In this document: one piece after another, positions 1-8,960 of the stretch
How positions within the stretch are numbered: position 1 is the stretch's first letter
Layout of the letters: the number at the start of each line of letters is the position of its first letter
Assembly: GCA_029776065.1 (NCBI GenBank)
Contig: JARVJP010000009.1
Location: forward strand, 196,514-260,513
Direction of reading: 5' to 3'
Source of the DNA: Nitrososphaeria archaeon
GTDB taxonomy: Archaea; Thermoproteota; Nitrososphaeria; JACIWG01
Length of the DNA stretch: 64,000 nt
Position numbers and translations under genes: made by a program
The notes under the pieces: generated by a model
Told to the model about the DNA's origin: nothing
The model's database searches: none
Seen by the model: the letters and a program-made list of their open reading frames with translations, nothing else

Positions 1-2
1 CA

Positions 3-227
3 ACGACCACCAAAAGTATAGGACAGATCGAATTAAGTATTCTAAAGGAGATATCTTCTGGGCCTAAAACTTCAAGAGAAGTTCAAACAAAAATAGGAAA
101 GTCGAGAGAACATACAGCAAGATTACTTAAAGAATTGTATAATAAAGGATATTTGTTAAGAGAAAGCAAAGGGAAGTATTTTATTTACTCTATTAGTGAG
201 AGGGGAAAAAGTGTTACCTTTGAATAA
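3..227 (+). CDS. Partial (5'-truncated by window) winged-helix/MarR-like DNA-binding protein C-terminus (…ELYNKGYLLRESKGKYFIYSISERGKSVTFE*)
   Basis: Open frame from the window start to TAA at 225-227. The translation has a typical wHTH recognition helix plus wing. There is no start because the gene begins outside the window. Confidence 0.45.
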   Translation, partial: TTTKSIGQIELSILKEISSGPKTSREVQTKIGKSREHTARLLKELYNKGYLLRESKGKYFIYSISERGKSVTFE

Positions 228-666
228 TAGGAGATTTTGAAAGAGAATATACCCACCCTGCTGAACTCCATTTTCTGTTAAGAAGACCACGATCTACTAA
301 ACGCATCAAGTAAGTTGATACAAGTGCGTGTTTTATTTGGGTACCGAATTGTTCTTGTGCAATTAATAATAAATCAGAGGAAGTAAACTCTCCTGTAGGA
401 AAATGTTTTTGTAAAATATCATAAAAACGTTGAAATTTGGTGTCTTTTTGCTCGTCCATTTCATATTCAGTAGAAACCGAGTTAGTTAAGAAATCATATA
501 TTTTCTTTATTTCTTGTCCTGTGGCAGGCCCCGATAACTCGATTTTAATACATTTCCCACTAAGATCTTGAAATTCAATTTTCACCTTATTAGTCCTAAC
601 AGGCATTTCTATTACAGATAAAAAGAAAACAAAGATAAATAGATAAACTGTTAACAAGTTAATCAA
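214..666 (-). CDS. Hypothetical protein with N-terminal TM helix and C-terminal winged-helix-like segment
   Basis: 150-aa ORF. The N-terminus is hydrophobic (LLTVYLFIFVFFLSVI). The C-terminus is wHTH-like (…YLMRLVDRGLLNRK…). Confidence 0.4.
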   Translation of the reverse strand: MINLLTVYLFIFVFFLSVIEMPVRTNKVKIEFQDLSGKCIKIELSGPATGQEIKKIYDFLTNSVSTEYEMDEQKDTKFQRFYDILQKHFPTGEFTSSDLLLIAQEQFGTQIKHALVSTYLMRLVDRGLLNRKWSSAGWVYSLSKSPIIQR

Positions 667-754
667 TTAGTCTAAGAAAGTTAACTAAAAAACATTGTTT
701 AACATCAAAGAAAATTTTAATGGAAAGGAAATAGTTATTTTTGTTCCAGATAGC

Positions 755-777
755 GGTTCAGTGGAAAAAAAGGGGTT
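755..777 (+). promoter_or_regulatory. Origin recognition box (ORB) repeat 1: ggttcagtggaaaaaaaggggtt
   Basis: Matches the archaeal ORB core (TCCAGTGGAAAC...GGGGT) bound by Orc1/Cdc6. Lies 345 bp upstream of orc1/cdc6. Confidence 0.7.
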
Positions 778-815
778 AAAATTAATTTATTTATCTGTTA
801 ATTGACTGGAAAAAG

Positions 816-840
816 AGTCCAGTGGAAACAAAGGGGTTCA
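816..840 (+). promoter_or_regulatory. Origin recognition box (ORB) repeat 2: agtccagtggaaacaaaggggttca
   Basis: Second direct copy of the ORB motif, ~60 bp from repeat 1. Near-identical core tccagtggaaac-aaaggggt. Confidence 0.75.
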
Positions 841-879
841 GAAAAAATTCAAAAAAGAAAAAAGATTAACAGAACAGTA

Positions 880-1075
880 CTACCCCTCTATTTCTATTAG
901 AAGAAATATAATATATGAGAAGAAAAAAGTTAATAATAATTTACAATGAAATAAAATATAATTAACATTGATTTTATTATTTATACTCGATTTACTTAAA
1001 TCGATATATTATTATGTTATTATACTTTTCTTTTTCTTTTATATTTAATTATTCCAGAAGAAATTTAGGGGTGTA
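880..1075. other. AT-rich duplex unwinding element of oriC
   Basis: About 200 bp of almost pure A/T between the ORB repeats and the orc1/cdc6 start. It sits between divergent polD-small and cdc6 genes, the classic euryarchaeal oriC context. Confidence 0.55.
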
Positions 1076-1121
1076 GTAAAAGGAATATATACTAATATAA
1101 TAAATTTAGAGGTGGATATCT

Positions 1122-2333
1122 ATGGAATCTACTTCTGTTGATGATATATTCAAACGTGCTTTAACAAGTACAAATATTTTTAAAGATCGAAGTGTTCTTC
1201 GTTCTGATTATGTTCCTGATAAATTATATTTTAGAGATGAACAAATTCGGATAATTGCTGAGACGATCTCTCCTATTCTTCATGGAGCAAGGCCTTCTAA
1301 TATTTTTCTTTATGGAAAAACAGGAACAGGAAAAACCGCTGTAGCAAAATATGTTTTTTCTAAACTTAGTCAAACAGCTATTTCTAAATCTATTTTTGTT
1401 AAACTTTCTTATGTTAATACAAGAATGGCCGGTACAGAGTATCGTGTACTTTATGAGATTGCACGAGATTTTGGAATAACAGTTCCTCATACTGGTCTTT
1501 CTATAAGTGAAATTTTTGATAGAATTTTTAAATCTGTCTCTAAAGAAAATTTTTCTGGAATAATAACTTTAGATGAGATTGACTTTTTGGTTAAAAATCA
1601 TGGAGATGACCTTTTATATGAATTAACTCGAGCTAATGAAAAACTATCTAGTGGGTTTATTTCTTTGTTAGGCATATCAAATGATTTGACTTTCAAGGAC
1701 TTCTTAGATCCTCGTGTATTAAGTAGTCTTAGTGAAGAAGAATTAGTTTTTCCTCCTTATACTGCTGAAGAATTAAAAGTGATTCTTGCTGAAAGAATTA
1801 AAATAGGTTTTCAACCCAATGTTTTTACTGATGCTGCATTAAATTTAGCTTCTGCTCTTGCTGCCTCTGAACATGGTGATGCAAGAAGGGCCGTTGATCT
1901 TGTTAGGGTTGCAGGGGAAATTGCTGAGCGTAATGGTTTAAAAAAGGTTGATGAACAACAGATTAGGGAAGCTCTTTTAAAAATTGATCAAGATCGTCTT
2001 TCTGATGCGTTAAAATCATTACCGTTACACAGTAAACTTGTAGTTTTAAGTGTTGCATCTCTTAAAGAAAGTTTGTCAACCGGGGCTGTGTACACTAATT
2101 ATTCTTTGTTCTGTAAGAGATTAAATCTTTCTGAACTGACTCCCAGGCGTATAAGTGGCCTCTTAAATGAACTTTCTATGTTAGGAATAATTTCTGCCTC
2201 TACTGTTAGTTTAGGTAGGCAAGGTAGGAGTAAAAGACCTAAATTATTAATACCATTTTCTACTATAAAAACTGTCTTCTTAAATGATCCTATTTTATTT
2301 GATGTTTTAAATATGATTGAATCTACTGGTTAA
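1122..2333 (+). CDS. cdc6: Orc1/Cdc6 replication initiator (AAA+ ATPase plus C-terminal winged helix)
   Basis: Walker A motif LYGKTGTGKT and the Orc1/Cdc6-typical N-terminus (…YVPDKLYFRDEQI…). Adjacent to the ORB repeats. GAGGTGG ribosome-binding site 8 nt upstream of the ATG. Confidence 0.9.
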   Translation: MESTSVDDIFKRALTSTNIFKDRSVLRSDYVPDKLYFRDEQIRIIAETISPILHGARPSNIFLYGKTGTGKTAVAKYVFSKLSQTAISKSIFVKLSYVNTRMAGTEYRVLYEIARDFGITVPHTGLSISEIFDRIFKSVSKENFSGIITLDEIDFLVKNHGDDLLYELTRANEKLSSGFISLLGISNDLTFKDFLDPRVLSSLSEEELVFPPYTAEELKVILAERIKIGFQPNVFTDAALNLASALAASEHGDARRAVDLVRVAGEIAERNGLKKVDEQQIREALLKIDQDRLSDALKSLPLHSKLVVLSVASLKESLSTGAVYTNYSLFCKRLNLSELTPRRISGLLNELSMLGIISASTVSLGRQGRSKRPKLLIPFSTIKTVFLNDPILFDVLNMIESTG

Positions 2334-3807
2334 TAGAGAATTGATTAAAGTCCTTTTCAAAAACCTCCATTGTACTGTGATTTAGAATCGCAGCTTTTCC
2401 TGGAGTAGGATTGATTCCTATTGATTTTTGGTGTGCTGTTTGTTCTTGGAAAGTACCTGAATTTACAATAAGAGTGTTTCTATATTTTGTAATACCAAAA
2501 ACATGGACATGCCCTGCATGAAAAATATCAGGTACATTTTCTATTACTAAGCTGTCCTCTTCTGCAGGTGCTATGGTTGTTCTTGCTCCAAAAATTGGTG
2601 CAAGATGGCGCGCTCTTAACAAAGTTCTCATAGTGCTTTCCGGCCTTGCTGTTTCTATCCCAGGGGAAAACGCTAATACATCATCTAAACTTCTTCCGTG
2701 ATATATTAGAAAGTTTATTCCATGTAATTGTATTTCAAGAGGGTTTCCAAACATTCTCACATTCTCTAACTTATATAATTCCTCGCAATATTTTCTTGGT
2801 ATTGATGGTTGTGGAAGTGCTTGTCTTGTTGCATCATGATTTCCTGGAATAATTATTATCTCTATATGTTTCGGAAACTGTTCTATATATTGTGCCACTT
2901 GCATGTACTGTTCTTTTATATCCAAAATTTCTAATTCAGCTTCTTGGTGAGGATATACACCTACTCCGTCAACAAGATCCCCTGCTATTATCACATATTT
3001 TATCTTTTTTATTATTTCTCTTTCTCCATGAAGGCCTTGAAGCCAGTGGAGAAGGTGTTCAAATACTTCCTTTTGAAAGGTTTTACTTCCTATATGTAAA
3101 TCTGATAAAAGTAAAGTGTATACTTCGGGTGCACGACTGTACGTTATTTGGTCTGGTATTTCTGGGAACTCTAACCTTGATGCATATGCTATTCCCTCTT
3201 TTATAGAAGATATATCTACTATTATCATTTGATCAGGGAGTATCTCAATCGCATTTCTATTCTGTCCATCAAGTTTGGATATGATTTTTAAATAACCTGT
3301 ATCATCTTCTATCTCTATTATGGCGTTCTCTTTTACAATTCTTTTGTCTTTTACTAGACCTGCTATTCTAATATTTTTTCTTTCTTCTTGTGCTTGATTT
3401 ATTTTTAAAATTGTCTTTTGGGACGGCCTACTACTAATTATTTTTATCATTTTATTATAGCGATCTAAGAAGTATTTTCTAAACCCGTCTATTCCTTCTA
3501 AAATTTTTGTTTGATTACCTGGATCTCTTATTACTTTTATATCTGCTTCTATATCTTCATAAACTATTTTTTCTTCTTTTAATTCTTCTTTTTTTGGAAA
3601 CAAATATTGAAAGTCTTTGTAGCTAATAAATATGTTCTCAGGGTCTTTAACTTTTTTCTCTTCAATAATTTCAGAAAAAACTTTTTTAAAATCAAGATCC
3701 TTTCTTAACATAAGAAGTTCTGAAAGCTCGGTGAAGGCTTTCGGCTCCAATTGATATCCTTTTTTTGCTAATTCATATATGATGTTTTCTATCTGCGTTG
3801 TGGACAA
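2323..3807 (-). CDS. polB: DNA polymerase II (PolD) small subunit DP1, calcineurin-like phosphoesterase
   Basis: 494 aa with a C-terminal metallophosphoesterase motif set (…GDLVDGVG…, IIIPGNHD…). The cdc6 / oriC / polD-small arrangement is conserved in Euryarchaeota. Confidence 0.85.
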   Translation of the reverse strand: MSTTQIENIIYELAKKGYQLEPKAFTELSELLMLRKDLDFKKVFSEIIEEKKVKDPENIFISYKDFQYLFPKKEELKEEKIVYEDIEADIKVIRDPGNQTKILEGIDGFRKYFLDRYNKMIKIISSRPSQKTILKINQAQEERKNIRIAGLVKDKRIVKENAIIEIEDDTGYLKIISKLDGQNRNAIEILPDQMIIVDISSIKEGIAYASRLEFPEIPDQITYSRAPEVYTLLLSDLHIGSKTFQKEVFEHLLHWLQGLHGEREIIKKIKYVIIAGDLVDGVGVYPHQEAELEILDIKEQYMQVAQYIEQFPKHIEIIIIPGNHDATRQALPQPSIPRKYCEELYKLENVRMFGNPLEIQLHGINFLIYHGRSLDDVLAFSPGIETARPESTMRTLLRARHLAPIFGARTTIAPAEEDSLVIENVPDIFHAGHVHVFGITKYRNTLIVNSGTFQEQTAHQKSIGINPTPGKAAILNHSTMEVFEKDFNQFSINQ

Positions 3808-3897
3808 CTTTATCTTGCGCTTTGTTTTAATAACTATTTTTGCTTTTATATCAACATTTTAATATTATGTCTGAACTTTGAGACGGGAGGAAAGAGT

Positions 3898-4584
3898 ATG
3901 TGCATTGGTCTTGAAGCTAAAGTCGAAGAAATCAAAAATTTATTAGAAAAAATTAAAGATATTGAATTAAAAAAGAAAACTCTCGATCTCCTTAATTTGA
4001 CAATACTAAATAAAAATTATATTTTATCTCAAGCATCAAAAAAGGTTCATCATTCTTATTTAGGTGGATTAATAGATCATACTCTTTCTACTACAAAAAT
4101 TGGTTTAGCTATTTCTGAACAACTAGAAGATATATACAGGTGCAAAGTGGATATAGATGTTGTTATCTCATCATGTCTTTTACATGACATTTTCAAACCT
4201 TTTACATATGAAGAGGGGGATAACACTGTAAATTCCCCTCTAGGGTTGTATATGGAACATTTAATTCTACTTACAATAAAATTAACACAAAATGGATTTC
4301 CTTTTAAAGTAATTCATGCAGTTGCAGCACATCATGGAGATTCAGGGCCTGTTAGGCCAGAAACACTCGAAGCTATGATAGTACATTTGGCTGATTACGT
4401 TGATTCAAAATTAAATGGCGATATACTTAGAAAGGCTAAAACAATATACCAAGAAGAGGTAAAAACAGGCACAGAACCAAAAGATATTCTGGTTGCACTT
4501 GAAATGTTCTCAAAACGTGCAGGAAAAGAAAACGAAGCAGAAAAGAAGTTCAGAGAACTTTTCTTTAATGAAAACAAAAACTAA
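3898..4584 (+). CDS. HD-domain metal-dependent phosphohydrolase
   Basis: Contains LLHDIFKP and …AHHGDSGPVRPE… (HD motif plus downstream His/Asp ligands). Confidence 0.55.
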   Translation: MCIGLEAKVEEIKNLLEKIKDIELKKKTLDLLNLTILNKNYILSQASKKVHHSYLGGLIDHTLSTTKIGLAISEQLEDIYRCKVDIDVVISSCLLHDIFKPFTYEEGDNTVNSPLGLYMEHLILLTIKLTQNGFPFKVIHAVAAHHGDSGPVRPETLEAMIVHLADYVDSKLNGDILRKAKTIYQEEVKTGTEPKDILVALEMFSKRAGKENEAEKKFRELFFNENKN

Positions 4585-4620
4585 TTAAACTTTCTAACAG
4601 GATGTATATTATGCCCTAAA

Positions 4621-4723
4621 GCCGGGGTGCCTGAGTGGCCAAAAGGGCCGGCCTCGAGATCTCCTTTACAAGATAGCCGGTAACGGCTCTACCGTTCCAG
4701 GGGTTCAAATCCCCTCCCCGGCG
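4621..4723 (+). tRNA. tRNA-Ser(CGA) with a ~16-nt intron in the anticodon loop
   Basis: Acceptor GCCGGGG/CCCCGGC. T-arm AGGGG-TTCAAAT-CCCCT. Long variable arm (ACGG..CCGT). Anticodon stem CCGGC/GCCGG interrupted after CUCGAG by atctcctttacaagat. Confidence 0.7.
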
Positions 4724-4775
4724 TTTTTGTTAATGTCAAAAGCTCTTATATTATTAAGAAATTATCTACGAACGA

Positions 4776-4859
4776 GCGGGGGTTGCCAAGCTAGGTCAAA
4801 GGCGCGAGGCTCAGAACCTCGTCCCGTAGGGGTTCGTGGGTTCAAATCCCACCCCCCGC
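4776..4859 (+). tRNA. tRNA-Leu(CAG)
   Basis: Acceptor GCGGGGG/CCCCCGC. Anticodon stem CGAGG/CCTCG with loop CTCAGAA. Long variable arm. T-arm GTGGG-TTCAAAT-CCCAC. Confidence 0.75.
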
Positions 4860-4909
4860 ACTCTTAACATTGCAAAAGCCTGATAACGTAGAAACAATAT
4901 TTATGTCAC

Positions 4910-5270
4910 GTGCAAGGTATGAAAATGCTTGTTGTTCATTATTCGAGGAGAAGGACTATGAAGAAGATAGCAGAAGCTATCGCGGGCATTTTGGGCTGTG
5001 ATATTGAAGAGGTCAGGCAGAGACGCAGGATCGAAGAAACTTACCATAATAGAAAAGATAAAGAAGCATCCTCGCATGTACGACGTCGTAGTAATTGGTA
5101 CTCCTGTTTGGAACAACACGATGTCTACGCCCATTAGAACATACATATTACAATACCGAGAGCAGTTTAAGAAAATCGCATTCTTCTGCACCCAAGAATG
5201 TTCTGAAAACGTCGCAATTAAGGACATTGAATTCTATGCAGCAAAAAGCCAGCTACATCGCTCAAACTGA
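4910..5270 (+). pseudogene. Flavodoxin-like protein, frame-disrupted (N-terminal ~30 aa in one frame, remainder in another)
   Basis: ORF 4910-5137 encodes MKMLVVHYSRRRTMKKIAEAIAGILGCDIEEV… (flavodoxin N-terminus). Overlapping ORF 4998-5270 in a different frame encodes …LKRSGRDAGSKKLTIIEKIKKHPRMYDVVVIGTPVWNNTMSTPIRTY… (flavodoxin core). The two cannot be joined without a frame change. The region is noticeably more GC-rich than its flanks. Confidence 0.55.
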
Positions 5271-5417
5271 GAAGAAAACAAGAAGTAGAGACTGAAGAAT
5301 ACATCGAAAAGATTAAGCATTTTGTCGCAAAAATAACGAGACAAGGTCGTACGCAAGCAGATTTAGACAAAAAGGTTAAACAAATATGTCTTTCAAAGTT
5401 AGTCTACGAACATTCAA

Positions 5418-5822
5418 TTGTTGAAAACTGCAGTCCGCTTTTGGTTGATGGAAATCCTTATTTCAAGCTTTAATTTCTTTGTGCTCATGAACCTCGTCTA
5501 CGAACCAAGATGGGGCGAGTTAGTGGCACATCAAATTGGCATGTCTGCAAGAATCATATATATCTTTGTTTTCGCGTATTTCTTGCTTCGTTCAGTTCGT
5601 CAGTACGATGCAAAAGATCTGGTTCATGTTGGGATTTTATGGTTGGGCTTAACATTAATATTCGAATGGGAAGGCAGTCTTGCTATAGGACGCCCTGTAG
5701 AAGAGATTTTAATTGGCTGGAACATACTCGCTGGATATATATGGCCTTATGTATTGACAGCCTATCTGTTATCAAATCTAATTGTTGGCACAACTTTGCA
5801 TCCCGACAAGAAAACAAGTTGA
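5418..5822 (+). CDS. Hypothetical integral membrane protein (4 predicted TM segments)
   Basis: 134 aa with a strongly hydrophobic periodicity. No recognisable motif. Confidence 0.4.
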   Translation: MLKTAVRFWLMEILISSFNFFVLMNLVYEPRWGELVAHQIGMSARIIYIFVFAYFLLRSVRQYDAKDLVHVGILWLGLTLIFEWEGSLAIGRPVEEILIGWNILAGYIWPYVLTAYLLSNLIVGTTLHPDKKTS

Positions 5823-6069
5823 GAAAATGGCACAAGATGAGAAGAAGGTTTGAAGGGGAAACATCTCCACGGTACAACATTCAAATCCTCTATTCCAATC
5901 CAAGAAAAATTATCGTTGAGTTTTATGTTCTTTAAAAATTCCGAGAATTTAAACCGAGGTCTAAACCTAACCCCCAAACACTAAATTTATGTCTTTAACT
6001 CTAATTGTTTTAAATGAAAAACATAGAAATAAACATAAAGCCTTTTATAAAGCTAGATAACTATGTTAT

Positions 6070-6342
6070 CTAATCACGTATGTTTTCTAAACAGCTTATT
6101 GCATCATAAATTTTTACTCTAGCGAAGATTGGTAAATTGGGGTCTTCACTGATTTCTGTTAGAATCGCTACAGCGTTCGCGGCTCTTACTCCTAGTTTAT
6201 CTTTTCCTTTTTGTAAATCTAATATTATTTCCTTTATAGTCTTCCTTATGTTTCTTGGAACAGTCACACTCTCTGATACATTTTGGAGGACTACTATTGC
6301 TTTATTAGCTCTATCTTGATTTTCTCTATTTATTAAAGACAA
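6070..6342 (-). CDS. UPF0147-family small archaeal protein
   Basis: 90 aa containing …VLQNVSESVTVPRNIRK… (the TVPRNIR signature of archaeal UPF0147 proteins). Confidence 0.5.
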   Translation of the reverse strand: MSLINRENQDRANKAIVVLQNVSESVTVPRNIRKTIKEIILDLQKGKDKLGVRAANAVAILTEISEDPNLPIFARVKIYDAISCLENIRD

Positions 6343-6422
6343 ATTTGTTCACCCAATATAAGATGGTTTATTCTTTAACCATAAATCTTTCTATTTGTCA
6401 TTTTAAATAGTTATTGCTCTTT

Positions 6423-8561
6423 CTACCTGTTATATGATTTAGTGACAATTTCTCTAATTCGTTTTGCAAGTATTTTTCCTATCCCTTTAACTTCCATGAG
6501 TTCTTTCTCTGAAGCGTTAAAAACATTTTGTAAAGTGTTAAATCTTTCAAGAAGACGATTAGCTAAAACCACGTTTACACCAGGTATCCCTGCTAGAATA
6601 TACTCTTGAACATGTTGCATATCTAGTGGTTTCTCTCCTTCTCTTATCTTTATGCTCCTTTTTCTTTCTGATTGTTCCCTTCTCGCTATGGCGTAGAGCA
6701 GTGCTGCACTCTCTCCAGTTGATTCTGTTGTTATTAGGGGTATATTAAAGTCAGTAATTATACTCGCTAAGGCGCCAAAAAAAGAACTTTGAGTAATCCT
6801 ATCTAAACTGTTTCCTTTTTCAAGAATTAATAATGGTTTTATGTATTTTTGTTTGAGTTCAATAAGCTGTGCGAAAAGTCTTCCATCTATAATTGATTCA
6901 ATAAAATCTTTAACTGTTTTCCTTTCCACACAAACTTCATCAGATAACACGAAATCTCCTACATTTAACATTTGTTCATCAAGATTAATGTTTAGTTTAC
7001 TAAGTTCTTGTTTGATGTTGTTGCTCTCCCTTTTGTCCACATATATTTTTATTGTTCCTCCATTTTGTTCTTTAATGAAATGTTCTAATGAAGCATTTTT
7101 TGATAAATCCTTCTCTGCTTCTTTTATTACTTTTTCCATTCTCCTTTTTCCCACCCAAAAAAGAACTTCTTCTTTCGTCCCTTCTATTATAAGTGCAACA
7201 ACCCTTCCTTTTTTCTTTCTACCTGTTCTACCCTTTCTTTGGATGAATCTAATCGCTTCTGATACACAGTCATAAAAGATAACTAAATTACATTCTATGA
7301 TATCTAATCCTTCCTCTCCTACTTTTGTAGCAAAAAGAATTTGTTTTTCCCCCCTATTTAATCTATTTAAGGTTTCTAGTTGTTCCTTCTGACTTTGACT
7401 GAGTTCCCCCCTTTTGCCAATTAAGAAATCCGCCTCTAAACCCCAACTTAATGCTTTCTCATACAACATCTTCGCAGTATCCTTGTAATTAGTAAACACG
7501 ATTACTCTGTCCTTTCTAGGTATGTTTGAAAGGATTTTTTTGAGTTCTAAAACTTTAGGGTGTTCCTCGCCAACTATAAGCATGCTTTTGGCAGTTTCAT
7601 ATGCTGCTTTAAAATTTATGTTGCTCTTTAACTCTATTGCGCTTCTTCCCTTCTTTAAAAATATTCTATCACAGAAGTTTATAAAGGGTTCAATACCATT
7701 TGATTCAATAATTTCTTGGCAATGATATAACCTTATCAAAGATGTAATTTTTGATTTATCCTCTAAGTTAAGTTCTCCTTTTCCTAAATTAAGTAATTCC
7801 TTAAGCGATTTGATTGGTTGATTAGAGAGAATTCCCTTTTTAACCAATTCACTTTTTATTGTATCAATAGTCTGCATAATGTCATTTCTAATCTTTATTA
7901 ATGCAGGAGTTGGTTTGATCTTTACAACTTCTATTTTTGAGCCAATAAAATATCTTCTAATTTCCAAACTATTTTCAGTAACTTTTTCTATATGTTTTAT
8001 TTTAAGTGCACTAATAATCTGTTCATAATCTTCATATTTTGTTGGAGGCGATGCTGTAAAACCAACTATGCGAATTTCTGGTTTTCTAATTAAAGCATTT
8101 CTTCCTAAAAGCGAGTAAGGATGATTACCTATCGCATGGTGCGCTTCATCAAAAATTATTGAATAAAAATTCTCTAACTTAAAAATTCCTTTTTCTAAAT
8201 CACTTAGAATAACCTCAGCTGTTGCAACTACTACATCCTTATTCCATTTCTTTTTTCTTTCTTCTAAAGTATCTTCTCCTGTTATTTCGGAAATCCTCTC
8301 TACATCTATATCTAAAACTTCTTGTAATGTTTTTGTGTGCTGCCCAACAAGAACTCGTGTAGGCGCGACCACTAAAAATCTTCTTTTCTCTTCTTTCATT
8401 AAACTTTTTGCGATGAATAAAGATGCAATAATTGTTTTTCCTAGTCCGGTAGGGGCAATTATTAGACAATTTTGATTAAGACATATATCAGACAATCGAT
8501 CTTGGTATTTTCTAAATTCCAACCTATCTTTTCTTATGAATTTAATCTGTTTAAAATCCAT
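6423..8561 (-). CDS. hef: Hef: fork-structure helicase-nuclease (SF2 helicase + ERCC4/XPF nuclease + HhH2)
   Basis: N-terminal DEAH-box helicase (APTGLGKT; FDEAHHA). C-terminal ERCC4 nuclease motif GDFVLSDEVCVERKTVKDF followed by a tandem helix-hairpin-helix (…LAGIPGVN…EVKGIGKILAKRI…). Confidence 0.85.
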   Translation of the reverse strand: MDFKQIKFIRKDRLEFRKYQDRLSDICLNQNCLIIAPTGLGKTIIASLFIAKSLMKEEKRRFLVVAPTRVLVGQHTKTLQEVLDIDVERISEITGEDTLEERKKKWNKDVVVATAEVILSDLEKGIFKLENFYSIIFDEAHHAIGNHPYSLLGRNALIRKPEIRIVGFTASPPTKYEDYEQIISALKIKHIEKVTENSLEIRRYFIGSKIEVVKIKPTPALIKIRNDIMQTIDTIKSELVKKGILSNQPIKSLKELLNLGKGELNLEDKSKITSLIRLYHCQEIIESNGIEPFINFCDRIFLKKGRSAIELKSNINFKAAYETAKSMLIVGEEHPKVLELKKILSNIPRKDRVIVFTNYKDTAKMLYEKALSWGLEADFLIGKRGELSQSQKEQLETLNRLNRGEKQILFATKVGEEGLDIIECNLVIFYDCVSEAIRFIQRKGRTGRKKKGRVVALIIEGTKEEVLFWVGKRRMEKVIKEAEKDLSKNASLEHFIKEQNGGTIKIYVDKRESNNIKQELSKLNINLDEQMLNVGDFVLSDEVCVERKTVKDFIESIIDGRLFAQLIELKQKYIKPLLILEKGNSLDRITQSSFFGALASIITDFNIPLITTESTGESAALLYAIARREQSERKRSIKIREGEKPLDMQHVQEYILAGIPGVNVVLANRLLERFNTLQNVFNASEKELMEVKGIGKILAKRIREIVTKSYNR

Positions 8562-8960
8562 ACCTTATGTTCTAGTTTTTACAGTTATGCTAACAATTAA
8601 AACTTTTATTGAAACTTATTAAGTAAGCATAGATAGAAACTTTAGAGGGGAAAGAGAACGGAAAAAGTTGTACTAGGGGAAGAAGATTTAGCCAAATATC
8701 CTTTCCTGCAAGAAGCAAGGCTAAGAATATCACAATTAGGGCTGACCCTAGAAGACCTCTCATCAGAAGAATTTGAAGCCGTTATAAAAAGGTGTGAAAT
8801 TCGAATAAAATCGTTTAAATACCCTCCCGAGCTCTATAGAGTTGACAAAGACTCCGACCTTCTATCCTTTGTCCTTGCTGTAGCAGTCATCAAGGCTAGT
8901 CAAAGAGAAGATGCTCTATTACGCTTTGCTTTTAATGAGGCTAATCGTTCAGAAGCCTTC

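Noticed and set aside
1224-1490. 88-aa ORF antisense to orc1/cdc6
   Set aside because: Lies entirely inside the well-supported cdc6 CDS on the opposite strand. Low-complexity translation rich in Cys/Arg/Asn, typical of antisense AT-rich noise.
2646-3206. Two plus-strand ORFs (2646-2852, 2892-3206) inside the polD small subunit gene
   Set aside because: Antisense to a strongly conserved CDS. No motifs and Leu/Phe-rich junk composition.
6137-7275. ORFs 6137-6319 (+), 6841-7275 (+), 7522-7725 (+), 8239-8469 (-) overlapping UPF0147 and hef
   Set aside because: All are shadow ORFs inside or antisense to confidently assigned genes.
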